64,000 nucleotides of DNA from Phoronis australis (taxonomy: Eukaryota > Animalia > Phoronida), in contig NMRA01000134.1 of NCBI GenBank assembly GCA_002633005.1, forward strand, positions 783,012 to 847,011, given 5' to 3'. Each line of letters opens with the position of its first letter. Positions within the stretch are counted from its first letter, which is position 1. Under the pieces are notes generated by a model. It saw nothing but the letters and a program-made list of their open reading frames with translations. It searched no databases and was not told where the DNA came from. The position numbers and the translations under genes are program-made. This document shows positions 1 to 12,545 of the stretch, in pieces.

Positions 1-478
1 TGTAGGTGAGGTCGAGTGATTAGTGATTTGTTTTCCTTTGCACTGATATCTACCAAGTTCTTTGCAGGACATGTAATTTGGCAAATAAGTTACTGCTACA
101 CGCAGACATCGTGAAGCACCAACCCTGTTTCAGATGGATTTGACCTACGTTGCGCACCCTAGTGGCTTTTGTATTGTTTCTGTGTTTTTGTTCTGTTCTT
201 CCGTATCTTCCAAACCTCTTGACAAATGATGGTGAGATGTGACTGGTGCATTCCTGTAGAGGAGAGGAGTTCTGACTTTGCACCCTTTAGAGGCTTATTA
301 CTAAGTTAACTGGCATTCCTTGGAATGTTTAAAATAATGATTATCCCTAATTGTATCTGGGCTGTTTGCGCTGCACATGGTGGGCACATATGAATGCTCC
401 ACGATGCAGTGATTCTTAATTTCATCAGCTGAGTGACACTAATTCCATTGTTTATTCCAATTTTCCCTTTTATTTCAG

Positions 479-649
479 GTGTTTCAACTGGATAATAATG
501 TGTCAGGTGTTACCACAGCCACTGCCAATCTGACCCCGCCCCACTACGATGGTATTCAATCACTAGCCCTGTCCGGCGACACATTGTTTAGTGGGTCGCG
601 GGACTACTGCATTAAGAAGTGGGACTTGACTGACTACTCACTAAAACAG
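479..649 (+). CDS. KIF21: Kinesin KIF21-family, C-terminal WD40 region, internal exon
   Basis: tttcag acceptor before 479 and GT donor at 650; 171 nt in phase 0. Peptide VFQLD...PPHYDGIQSLALSGDTLFSGSRDYCIKKWDL matches the KIF21A/B motif PPHYDGIE.L...GD.LFSGSRDNGIKKWDL as I recall it. Confidence 0.93.
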
Positions 650-974
650 GTAGTCGCCATGTTTGTAGTTTGGCTTTAAGTGAATTAATTTAAAATAGAT
701 TTTGAATTGAAAGAAGTCACCATCATTTTCTAAAGACTACAAGCTACACTGTCCATGCTGAATAGCAAGTAATCAATAACATGAATGAGAGCTGTGGCTG
801 TGGAGTGCCCAGACTTGTCATATTACTTTCCGACGAATACTCATCAACCTGAGAGTGATTAACTCTCTCAAAAATAGCTTTGAAGTTACTACGGTCATTT
901 TGTTCACCCTCTTTATAGACTGGAGAGTCTAGATTTTCTGTTCAGCCATTATTTTTGCGCTAAGCAATGATATA

Positions 975-1830
975 GCCACAGCTTCACATATGGGCAAACG
1001 AGCCTACTTCGAGGTAGAGGCATGGTTCACATAAAGGCACATGGCCTTATTTCAAGATATAGGCCCATTTTCACATAATTATGGTCACACGACCTTACTT
1101 CCAGATATAGGCACAGTTTCACATATGGGCGCATGGGCCTACTTCCAGATATAGGTGCAGTTTCACATATAGGCACATGGGTCTACATCCAGGTATAGGT
1201 GCAGTTTCACTTATTGCAAGGCCGGCCGCCAACTGTTACAGATTTATTTGCATTCTAGGTACCTTTACAGCCTAATAATCGCTATGTTCATATTTTCAAA
1301 TGTTGCAAATTTTGAGCATTCACTTCTCTTCAAAAAACGAATGAAAATTATATTATCTTTAAAATTGTCAGTGTTTCAAATCTTCAAATCGGCACAGGTG
1401 GCAGCAGAAAGTACCGGAAAGTGATGGAAATTGTCGAGAAATTTCCCTTTTGTGGTTGGTCAATTGCAGTTTTTTGTGAAGGAGTGGCCATTTAAAATGT
1501 GCTGTCTTGGTTTTGCATTGTGGTACAACATATGGTTTGGAAATTGTGTTAAGGTTTTGAAGACCAGTGAACCGATGTATTAGATTACATTTAGAAGACA
1601 GTTATGGAATTAACCATGTTTAATCACGCTGTCTTCAACACTGAGAACCCTGCAACACCAATATGCAGCAGGAATTACGAGATATCGAGATTTTTGGGGC
1701 TGTGGTAGTGTGGGAAAAAAATGAACCATGCCGTGTAGGCACAGTTTCACATATAGGCACTTGGACCTACATCCAGTTATAGGCACAGCTTCACATAAAG
1801 GCACTTGGATCTATTTCCAGACGCTTCACA
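975..1830. repeat. ~43-bp intronic minisatellite split by a ~520-bp unrelated insert
   Basis: Degenerate unit cacagtttcacatataggcacatgggcctacttccagatatagg, about 5-6 copies at 975-1212 and about 2 more at 1735-1830. Confidence 0.75.
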
Positions 1831-2004
1831 TTGAGGCTCATGAATCTAAGTAGTTATATGGTTTTTGTTTCAATTGTGGTTAATCATCATCATGGTCATT
1901 CGTTAGCATCATAACCATCACTAAATACATTCACATTGCTAAAAAGTAAATTGTTCAATCTTCGCTTCTATTATTCAGTTGACCTTTATGTGACTCTGTT
2001 CCAG

Positions 2005-2201
2005 TCGCTGAACGGCGCTCATAAGGACTGGATATGTGCCTTGTCCATTCTGCCTGGCGGCACCCTGCTGAGTGGCTGCAGGGGTGGGGTGCTCAAGTTG
2101 TGGGATGTCCAGTCATGCACGCCCCTGGGGGAGGTCAAAGGACACAAGAGTGCTGTGAATGCAGTGGCCACTAACACCACCTCTATATTCACCGCCTCCA
2201 A
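2005..2201 (+). CDS. KIF21: KIF21-family WD40 exon (penultimate)
   Basis: ttccag acceptor, GTGAGT donor at 2202. Peptide SLNGAHKDWICALSILPGGTLLSGCRGGVLKLWDV...GEVKGHKSAVNAVATNTTSIFTAS matches KIF21 AHKDWVCAL...LLSGCRGG.LKVW...GHDSPINAI. Confidence 0.93.
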
Positions 2202-3118
2202 GTGAGTGACTCGGTTTGACAAAACTTGTCACAGGGTATCTTACATGCTAGTCATTTCAGTTTGGTGGACTGCTCACCTCGCTCCACAATGTTTCCATGA
2301 CAACATTTTCTTTTTGTTAATTCAAGGCTGGTCTATTTTTGCATTTATGTAGCTTAGCATTCTCGTTAAAGTTATTTTCTTAATTCTACTGTGTCATCAA
2401 TACTCATTGTGTTACATTACATTTGGATTCACCATGTGTTGTTTTAGTATGTGTTCTGTAAGTGATTATACTGAGGGCAATTTCTGACTCACTTTTAGAT
2501 TGAATTGATAAAAACACAAACCGTAGGTTTTCAAAGGTCAAATCAAAATGCAGCATTTTTAAAGCCCTGTGTGAAGTCATTTTTTAAGTTAACTCGATAG
2601 TTAGTGACATACCATGATTTTGCAATAGAATGTTGATCACAAAGACAATAATTGAAGTGCATGACTGTGGTCCTTACATGTAGTAAATTTTATAGCTAAC
2701 TTGCCTTATTAAGAATTTCTATAAAACTGGTGAAGCCTTGTGTTTTTCTCAGCCCTGTCAGACTGTTTCATGTCAACCTATAGCAGTCAGAGACATAAAA
2801 TGTAAGTGTGCCAACCTGGGTTACTATTATATTGTATATAAGTCGGACCTAAAGCAAGTATTCAGTGCTGCTCAGGCAACAAAAGGACACTGCCAGGGGC
2901 TTTAAAAATAATTAAATCAAGCAACACAAGACATCATAATGTGATAATCATTGTGAATCATTTGATAGTGTTATTTCGTGCTGTGGATTGGTTTGTGCAG
3001 AGTTCACTAAAGTCGTGGCGTGCATGCGTTTACATTGTTACTGCAGAAGTATGAGAAACAATGTGTGTTTATTTTGATGTCACATCATTTAACGTATCTG
3101 TTGGTTGTTCTCTTTCAG

Positions 3119-3176
3119 TAATGGCGAGATCGGTATTTGGCCGATGCCTTCTGTTGACAAGTCTACAGATGTCTAG
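3119..3176 (+). CDS. KIF21: KIF21-family terminal coding exon
   Basis: Pyrimidine-rich ctctttcag acceptor; phase joins the previous exon (AA+T). Gives NNGEIGIWPMPSVDKSTDV*, which completes the last WD40 strand; TAG at 3174-3176. Confidence 0.8.
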
Positions 3177-4871
3177 AGAATTCAAGCATTCATGGAACAC
3201 AAAAGGGTGGGGGTGAGGCTGTGAGGGGATGAGCAAGCTTTAAGAATTAGTTGAAACGTTTAAGGGAAAATAATAGAGGGACATAAGGGAAGTTACAAAG
3301 AATAGTTAAAAACTTGGTGTACGCTAAAATGATGTTTCTTAGTCTGTTTCAGAACCTGACTGAATAATTTTTATTTCATATATTTGCTGTCGGGAGAGAA
3401 AAGATATGTGTGGAAATCATCAACCTTGAAAAACATACTCTTTACTAGTTTCGATTACTGAGAAATTGCAAAAACTGAAAGTGAAACTTTGAATCATCAG
3501 ATTTTTACCACAGCCTGTGCTTGTCAGCTGTGGTCTAGGGCTATTTGCTCATTTAAGTTATTTTTAGTGCAAAGATTACAGATGTCACGTGCACTTATTT
3601 GGTATTTCAATGCCATGATGTTCGAACGCTTGTGTGAATTTAAAGAAGAAAGGTAGCCTTCTTGGTGTTACCTTTAGTGAAAATACAAATCACCTATTAC
3701 CTTAGTGACATTAGCATTACTTGCTGTTCCCCTGGTTCTCATTAATTATCGAAGCATGAATAGTGACAGACACAAACCGCTCAGCAGGTGCGCCACCTCT
3801 TGCTGTGCCATTCACTGAGCAGTCACAGTGACTGACACACTATTAAACATGCTCTCCATCACATGCAGTTAGCTCACACTCAGTTGATGCAGACACCAGA
3901 TGTGGGGCTTCCATTAAACCATTTATGTTACTTCATTGTCGTTGCACCCACAGTTAGTATGGACCAGGGAAATATAGAAAGCACTGAATATGTCTATTAG
4001 ATAATTAGGTACTTGGATTTTTAGTAGTAAAGGTGTTTAAACTCTGGTCACAGATGATAGGTCACAGTAGAATGAGGCAGGTCTGTCTACTGTTATATTG
4101 ATGTTTTCTAGTCTTCCTGTTTGAGGCGCTTGAGGTGTTTTTGATAAAATTAACTTATTTTTATAACACATATTTACATACTTGTAGTATACCTTGTAAC
4201 GCTCATTCTTCATTTGCTAGTGGCGCCACCAGACACATGATATTTGAACATTTTAATGCCCAGTGTTCGCAACAAATATTTTTGGAGTGAAAAACTTGAC
4301 GGTTCTTCAGGTGTGTCACTATACAACACATGACTGTAATCCTTGACCTCATGGAATGTGCAATCAAAATCCATCTCTGCAAAAGGTGCTGAGCTGTTGC
4401 AGTGCCTACACTCCTAATACTATTCAGTGTCGTGCTGAATACATTTTCTTGGAGTGGTCAGAATCAGAGGCTGTATCTGCAAGACAAAATGCATTGCTGC
4501 TGACATCCCTGCTTACAAAAATGTAACCCCTCTCCTATTATGGAAGGTTGACCCTCATTTCATGAATTACAATTTTAGAAAATATTTAGATGTGTAGATA
4601 AGTCACCCACGTACACACATAGAACTTAAAGTTTCGTGAGCACTGAGATATTTTTTTCTGTATTAGAACCGCTTTTCCGGATTTGTTTTTTTTTTCTTTG
4701 TGTAAGGCAGGAGACTGGTTGGATTGTGATCTTGGTATGTTTAGACAGACATGACCCCTATTCTAGTCAATGTTTATAAAGAAATGCACAGACGTGAGTT
4801 TGGTTATCTTGCTGTACATGTCTTATATTAGGTGCACCCTTCTGTTGAGGGCAGTTTTCAGTGTTGTTAGC

Positions 4872-4877
4872 AATAAA
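4872..4877 (+). promoter_or_regulatory. Candidate polyadenylation signal of the KIF21 3' UTR
   Basis: AATAAA about 1.7 kb after the stop, followed by T-rich sequence; no transcript evidence. Confidence 0.35.
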
Positions 4878-5703
4878 ATCGTTTCGTATACTTTTCAGAG
4901 GCCTTGCTGCTTAAATCAATAAGCAAAGGCATACATTATTTGAACTGGATAAAACTTCAAAATCGAAGTGGTTGTATGTTAAGACAAACTTTGAAGTAAA
5001 TCCTAATGAATATTAATGAAGTAGATAACAAGTAGATATATTGGTAGTGTAAATACAGCTAGCATACGGTGAAACTAATTTAAAAGGAGACACCTTTCCA
5101 TTGTGATTTGGTCTAACATTCCATAGTTTGTGCAGAAAAAGCAAGAAAACCTCATTGTGTCCGAAGGTGCTATAATGACTGGCTGGGTTCTGTATTTGTA
5201 TATTTTGAATGTTGAAATATTTAATTTATAACAGTCATTTGTTCTCAAATAACAAAGGAAATAGAGCTACTCGTTTACCATCAAATTTCGTTGTCCTTCT
5301 TGATTTTTAATTTACCAACTGATGCAGTTATTAGCAAGTGTCTAATTAAAATAGAATTCGGAAAGTCTTCAGCTAAACCTTGCGCGTTAACAGAACTTCT
5401 ATAGGCTGCCCTTGCATCCCGTCTACTTGAGCCTTCTGTCGAGAATTACACTGAAATGATCATTTGCGCAGGGAAAGTTTGGCCAAGGATTACCGATGAT
5501 TCCGATAAAGCGCCCATCATGAGAAAGCCCTCATGGGCGCTTTTTGGACATGAAGGAAGAAAAAACGACTAGTGATTTTACAACGCGTTTTGTGCTTAAG
5601 GCGGCCATTTTAGATTTCCAAACGACACTCAAATATCAAAATAAAGTTCGATCGTGTTGCCGATAACCTTGTTTTGCTGTCAATGTACCTTTCTTCTTTG
5701 CTA

Positions 5704-6080
5704 CCGGGATTTTCCATAGATAAGCCCATGGGCGTGTATTTGGAAAATGAAAAACGTCAAACGTTTCAGTAACACCAAATAAACGCTCGGGCGTTTATTT
5801 GGAAAAGAGGGACACGCAAACGGAAATCCATAGGTTTCCTTTTTTAAATTTTATGTTAATTTAAATGCATAGTTCACCAGCATTTTGGTTGTTTTTGTAA
5901 ATGATAAATGCTCCACAAAACTGAATTTGTGACTAAAAGTTGACGCTCAGTGGGCTTCAGAGAGGAAATTTTCCGAATAAACGACCCACTATCTGGACAC
6001 TTGATACCAGAAGTTGTAATGATTTTCCGAATAAATGCCATGGCTGTTTCATCGGGTGGGCTTATCTACGGAAATCCTCG
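5704..6080. mobile_element. TA-flanked MITE (Tc1/mariner-pogo-like non-autonomous element)
   Basis: Left TA|CCGGGATTTTCCATAGATAAGCCC; right end reverse complement TA|CGAGGATTTCCGTAGATAAGCCC. Internal TTTCC(A/G)AATAAACG repeats in both orientations. Confidence 0.65.
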
Positions 6081-6263
6081 TATGAAAACATGGTCACAGT
6101 GCTACGAAAAGTAGCTTTGTGAAATGTTGTTCATCATGGCTTCACATTAGTTAAAGTAATGAAACTGACGTCATAACCTTCAGTCATTCCCGTTGGTTAA
6201 AATCTGGGAAACCCCTTTCAGTTTACTGTTACGTAGTATGGCCACCACATTTGACTTGAATAG

Positions 6264-7230
6264 TCAGTGCAAGTTATTAAAATTGGTAATTTCTTCGCAT
6301 ATTTGCTGGTGTCTAGATACTTGGTGCGCTGTATTCCAAAAAGAACCACAGAGATGGCATTGGTAAGATTTGCAGTACTTCTTGACGCCATGATAGTATG
6401 CCGAAAAATGATCTTCGTGCTAGTTGCCGGAGAAAATGTTCTTGTCGTCAAACTCGTGAGAGGGTCGAAGAAACAAGCGAGCAATGACACCGTCTTCGGA
6501 TTCTTCCAACTCGTAGACATAGACGCTGATTTGAAACACTTTTTTTTCTGGGACATCACCGAGCAAAACGCCGCCTTTGGAAACTGGTTCGATAGAATGT
6601 CCTTCTGACGAGGGTTGGTCGTAAAGTTGTTCGATCAACTTCTTTAAACACCCTGACCGAAGGTGATGAGCAGCCAGACCAGGAAAGAAACAAAATTGAT
6701 CGTCGTGTCGCCCGTGCCCATCAGAAAGCATTGCATCGGGTGCGCAGATGGGGTGATCAATCATGTTAGTGAAGTGAACGGTGAAGTTGGTGACGAATTC
6801 TGCGTTCCACCTCGTCGTGGGTCGTCATTGCCTCACCACTTCAAACACGTCCTGGTCACCATGAATGGAAAACAAAGTGTCCAGAGCTCCTTTTCGTCTC
6901 CCGATGGGCTCATCCGTGAACGCACTGTTATTCAAGCTCGGGTGAAAGAACTGGAGTTCGTCGTCTTTTTGGTCTATAAGAATAAAACCGTAGGAGAAAT
7001 TCAATTTAAAGGGTATAATCTGTTGCCCAAAAACTCAGGTCTTGACGAAGGTTTTTCGGGGCTAAAACCCTGGAGAAGAAAGTTGTGAATATCTTGCAGC
7101 CTTCTTCCCATGAATATCCTGGTGCGTACAGATCACCAGTTGTCATGATAGACAAAAGTTAGAGCGGGATCCATATTTACGGGGATGTCGATCGGCTCCT
7201 CTGGATCCGCGTCGGCAACGACACTACTTA
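6264..7230 (-). pseudogene. Degenerate Polinton/Maverick (adintovirus-like) protein-primed DNA polymerase B, N-terminal region
   Basis: Manual - strand translation across stops and a frameshift: YHDNW*SVRTR..GRRLQDIHNF...QQIIPFKLNFSYGFIL...ELQFFHPS...RPTTRWNAEFVTNFT...DHPIC...DDQFCFFPGLAAH...GVLL....EKKVFQISVYVYEL...HEDHFS...KKYCKSYQCHLCGSFWNTAHQVSRHQQIC. I recognise this motif order from invertebrate Polinton pPolB N-termini. Confidence 0.65.
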
Positions 7231-9745
7231 CCGTGAACCGTTCCTCGAAGTCGTTGCAGACTCGAGGGCTACAACCGCGTATCGAAATGTGTATGCAGAG
7301 ACTTAGTCGAATTCGGTGTGATTTCTGGGCGTGCAAATTTAACTGAACAGAATCGAGCGGGGTTCGACCTCATAAGTCGAAGTCGACACTTTTCGTTCTA
7401 TTTTAATACGAACGCAACATACGAAAAATGTCATTCTGTGCTCGAGTTCATGGTTTGCGCAGATGAATATCTAAAACAAATTTGCAGTTGATCACCCCTA
7501 CATTCAAGATACTAATAAAAACTCGCAGATGGAGTCACTACTGGACCTTTGAACATTTAATGAAAGTAGGTCTAAAGAACTAATAGAGGCAATTTCGAAC
7601 CCAATCACTCACGAATGTTTGTAAATAAGTGAAATATATTTACGCTTGAAACTCTAGCAATATTGTCATTTTTTAATTCTAGGAAAGCCTTTGTTCTGGG
7701 CCGAGCTACTGCTCGTGGTCTGCCACACTTTCAGGTATTTCTCCCTATCCATCTCGTTTCTCTGTTGTTGTACCCCTTTGCCGATAAAGTGAGATCTACC
7801 CTGGTATAGCTAATTAATCTAATTTTGAGACAACCCAGGTGCTTATTTATCTCATTCTGTTTTGGCTATGCTGCTCTGTAGAGCTACCATGGCGTGATGA
7901 GAAAATACTGGAAATCATTTCAGTGTGTCTGCGACAAGGAGGTGTTTCGCCACCTGCCTATTAAAATACCCTAACAAAAGGTCTGCGTCAAGCAAACCAG
8001 TTTTAACTGCTAATAATAAAAACATGGTAGACTGGCTCCAATTCCTCGTTCACTCTGACAAATATGTGCGATCAAGCGTCTCATGAAATTACGTCACTTC
8101 CAGATCGACCTTTGATCTCTGACCCCTGGTATTTGACCCATGACCTTTGACCTTGGTCCCTCCCAAAAAGGTCGCCTAAACGTCTCGCTATAGGCCTACT
8201 ACTTCTGACTTAATATTATTTTTACATATTTTATTTTCACGCTTGTGTGAACTACACGTACTACACGCGCTTGTCCAAACACATCAGTTTCCCCACTCAC
8301 TACTTTCCGTCCCCTTTGACACCTTCTCGTGTTGAACTTTTTATTTCTCATCTTACCAGTGATAAATATTTTTACACATTTTATTTCATTTTCATCCCCA
8401 TTCTTTATAGTGTATTCTGTCATGATAAATGACCTTATTTCGCCAACCTCGGTCTCGTTTTCATCGAGGTTAACGAGCTTGTGACGCACATATTTTTACC
8501 GCTGGTACATATGTCGATCATAAAACCAACTATTGGCCTACTAACGATAGAATATATTTAGTTCAGTTTCGCAATATAGAGTTTTCCCAACATACGGTTG
8601 TCATTCTTTATTGAAATGGTAGAAATTTCGAACAGTTGAATGGTTCTAAAACATTTTCAACGGAAATTCTTCAGCGCAATGAACACCTAACTGTTGATAG
8701 AAAATGAACACTTTCAACACTGTGTTATTTGGTCATCTTATTCGGGTTGCGTTCATTCCTGAAGCAGCGTCCTGGCAGCAACTTTCGGGAGTGGACTCTT
8801 CAGTGGAGAACGAGAACCGTTGTAAAACAGTTTTCGAAAAAAAAAACGCCCAATGCGCATTATTGGAAATATGTGGTAAGTAAGCCAAAGCTTACAAACG
8901 GGTGGCGATTGTGAACAAGAGAAATATTTTATTTTCCCTTTGTCAGCGACACGTACGTCTAATGTTTGAGTTGATTAATATGGTTGTCACAGAGACCAAA
9001 CAATTAATTCCCTAGTTCAATCATTACTTCGGCATGGGTCATCGTTTGACGACGGGAAATGCTAATTAGTAATTAGCTGTCGCGGTAACTAAACCCAGGA
9101 GGTACACTCTATCGACGGGGATACAACTGAAAATTAGAATACTCGCTGCGGGAGGAGTCAACAACACGGACTGGACCGACTGTTTTGAAACCCAGGAGAT
9201 GAACCGCTCTACAGACTCGGTGCCAGCATAGACTATGGTGCCAGTCCTCTCCTGCCGTTGTCACATCAATACCACTGTCGTGGTCACAGATTTCAACCGT
9301 CGCCCCTCTCCGATCGGCAACCCCTGCTGATCGTCCCAGAATTCATACCTCATAAGATTTCACGGCAATCCTTTCAGTCTTCGACGTGCCAATCAGATTC
9401 CCAGACCCCGTCAGTCGCGCTCTCATTAGTTAAAAAACCAACTTGATTGAGTGGCGCTCTCAAGTCAGCAGCCCTGCGAATCATCCGTTTACCCTATGTA
9501 TACAGTGACGACTAACCACTTGCTCTGGCAGTTAGCAGTCGGCGGAGTCACCAAACGTAAATTGTGACCATTGAACTATAACTGTTATTTTCAAAACCAG
9601 TAACAGTATATTGAATATCCAAAAATAGTTGCTACGGCAACTAAAGAAAATAAACCTGCCTCGGGCTTCTTATACAACCTAAAAGCTGCATAAGACGCAT
9701 ACCATGGAATGAAATGACTAAAGCAATTAGTTTTGGTTGTCTTTA

Positions 9746-10274
9746 TCAAAGGTGTGCCAAAACTACCAATACCTGTAGCATAATTTTAAAAATCCAATCA
9801 AGGGTTGCCATTACAATTGATATGATTATTCTCCATAAGCATTCAATCCAAGGCCGGTGATGGTGCTACAGAGTGTTCACAAACTTTTGTACTTAGAAGC
9901 ACACCATTTTGTTTGGGTTGGTTTGGAGTGCAAAACTCGCATTCTTTCCAAGATATTTTTTGTTCTATTAAAAACATTAATCATTTGCTCGTGATTTGCT
10001 ACAATTATGAACTACATCTGCTGCAATAAAATGTTTTGGCGTAGCATTGCTTGTGCATATGCAGCTTAGCTAGTAGTGATATCAGTCACTTTGCTACATT
10101 TGTTTTATAAACGTGTAGGATAGCTCTATAGCGCAAATTCAAGATGGCTAAAATTATCAGAAAAAGTATCAAATAGTTGGCATCCATATTGTCTAGTGCT
10201 ATTCCCAAACTCTACTTCCAATGTGCTCAAACAGGATTAGCTATATCGGGGCTTTGGTAGTTTGGTATCCTTGA
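9746..10274. mobile_element. Possible old MITE with imperfect terminal inverted repeats
   Basis: Left tcaaaggtgtgccaaaactaccaa versus right reverse complement tcaaggataccaaactaccaa; no clear TSD. Confidence 0.3.
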
Positions 10275-11779
10275 GAATACATGACAGCGTTTTCCCGTTC
10301 AGTGACTTAACCAGACGTAGGGAGTTCTGAGCCTGTGATAACATCTAGCTTCTTTGTTAACTGCCAAGCACACTCTTTTGTCTGTTACGACAACAAGCAG
10401 GCCAATTATCTACCAGGGTTATTACAGACCACGTGTGAACAGTCAAACTCAGAGTGAATTGGCCGGTGTATTCGGAAAGAATAAATTGTCGTAACTTCGG
10501 TTTCAGTTGGGCGATTTTGGCGATTCAAAAACTAATTATGATCACCATTTGACGAAGTTTTCAGAAATACTATTGGTTTATGTTCAAGTATGTTATAACT
10601 TAACTTTTATTTTTAATAGCACAACCCAGTCAGGGTGATACGATCTTATTGGAGATTAGAGCAATTATCGAACAAAAGAGAGCTGGCCCTCCAAGCATAA
10701 ATGCCTGAATAGAGTTAATCAGTCGTGTAAGATATTGTCTACAGGGGTTAACTTCCCAGCTTGTTGATCAAGTTGAGAGCAACGCGAAAACTCCGTAATG
10801 AGTTTCACTTTCACTGGTAAAGAGGTGGTTACAAGCACCACTATTAATTGTTAATGAAATGCTTGGCTCATAAATTCCACAAGTAGCAGATTGAAATGAC
10901 TAATTCTGTAAAAACTGCAAGCCCAATGTGTGTTTCTGCTGATTTGACTTCTGTTGTCTATCATAGCCAGTGCCCTCAAGAATATCGAACTTGCTAGTGC
11001 ATATCTCAGATTACCACGAATAGGATCGTGCCTTCGTTGGCTTCTATTAAACATAATGCCGTCCAATTTTAAATTTTCATATGATATGAATTATTTCGAC
11101 CTGTGCTCGTTTCTAGCATTTTGCGTTGTGAAAGCACACGTTTGTTTCAGCCTCGTTATAACATGCGGCCATGCGAGACTGCTTGAGCCGAGGTACCATC
11201 AGCAAATTGTCAGCATTGTAACAGGCATGCAAAAGTTTTAGGGCTAAATAACAACTAGTGAATGCAACGAAATCAGGAAACGCAGGTTTTCTGACCAAAC
11301 CCAACGCGAATCATACTGAACCATGTGAACCAAATGTGGCTCACTCAGAGAACGTCACGTCGTGAATTTTGAGTAAATATAAACACTGCGCCATATATAT
11401 TACTGCAAAGTTGAACTATTTCAAGGGCTTAGACATTTGTAACAGAATTATTCATGTGCAACTGAAGTTACTAGCTAAAATAATGACCAATCTTAACAAA
11501 TATCCACGTGCGGTCTTCCCTGGAAGCAGTGCAGAAACAGGTATATTGTAAAATCACCTTAAAATCCGGTAAAACTATACAAAAACACTAGCGTTCGAGC
11601 GACTTTGGTTTGCATTGGCTAGTGTAAACCATATTAGCCATATATTAACCAATGAGAGTGGTGCTTGCTTCATGGCTTACTAATTTACTTCATTATCAAA
11701 AGGCAAGTTTAAAGAGAATAATCCCAACGTCAAACTTTGTTAATTCGAAATTCTGAGCTTGACACAACCCCAAACAATT

Positions 11780-12545
11780 ATCAGCGATAGTTTTAGGTGA
11801 CTGTGATATTTTGTGTTTGCTTGCTTCTAACTTTGCCATCAAAATAATTTATTAAGAAGTCTCTGGAGTTGAAGCCAGACGTTGTAAACGGTTAGTTCGG
11901 AGGATATAGTTTCAAAAAGTGAGCCTAACAAAACGTCAGATCCGGGTGACCACATTGTAAAATGTAACTGACACAAAATGTTAATTTAATGATCTTATTG
12001 TTTTTCTGTTGCTACCCCGTGTTTGTAAAGAAATGCATAGCTTTTGGAAAATTCAAGAGGCAAAAATATTCAAACAAAAGAATTCCTAAGGTGCTCTAGA
12101 GCATAAATAACAAAATACCTAAAGGAGTCTATGTCAAGTTGCTGTTGCACTGGAATCAACGAGTCATTTCTGCTCTGACCTGCTATGACATGTCTTATGA
12201 CAAAAAGCCGATACTGTACATTTTTAAGCAGTAACACCCTGTCACCTACTTTATTGAGCATTTTTGTCTCACCCTCACTGACTACAGTGACTCTTTTTGT
12301 GTTTTTCAGTGTCTTCGGTGGCTTGTATGAAATTATTTCATAGCAAATGATTTCACAGTCTGATATTAAATTTTTTGATCTTGCAATCTTTTTAAATATT
12401 AGACCAATTTTTTTCGCTCAGCTCCGAGGAGATTAAACCGATGTTCAGAAATGAAAGAGGAAATTGTTAGAGACAATAGGAAGAACAGCTGCAAATGGGA
12501 GAAAAATAAATATCTGCTGGAATATTCTATGAATCTCGAAAAAAT
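11780..12545 (+). pseudogene. Highly decayed L1/Tx1-type LINE ORF2 endonuclease-linker remnant
   Basis: Scattered, correctly ordered motif traces: IVLGDCDI (GDFN-like, ~11787), FWK (WKFN-like, ~12042), SCKWEKNKY...MNLEK (W...GEK..KYF.NLEK-like, ~12490-12543). Many stops. Confidence 0.35.

Noticed and set aside
6267-7088. + strand ORFs of 113 and 141 aa
   Set aside because: Antisense shadows of the decayed - strand polymerase-like coding sequence.
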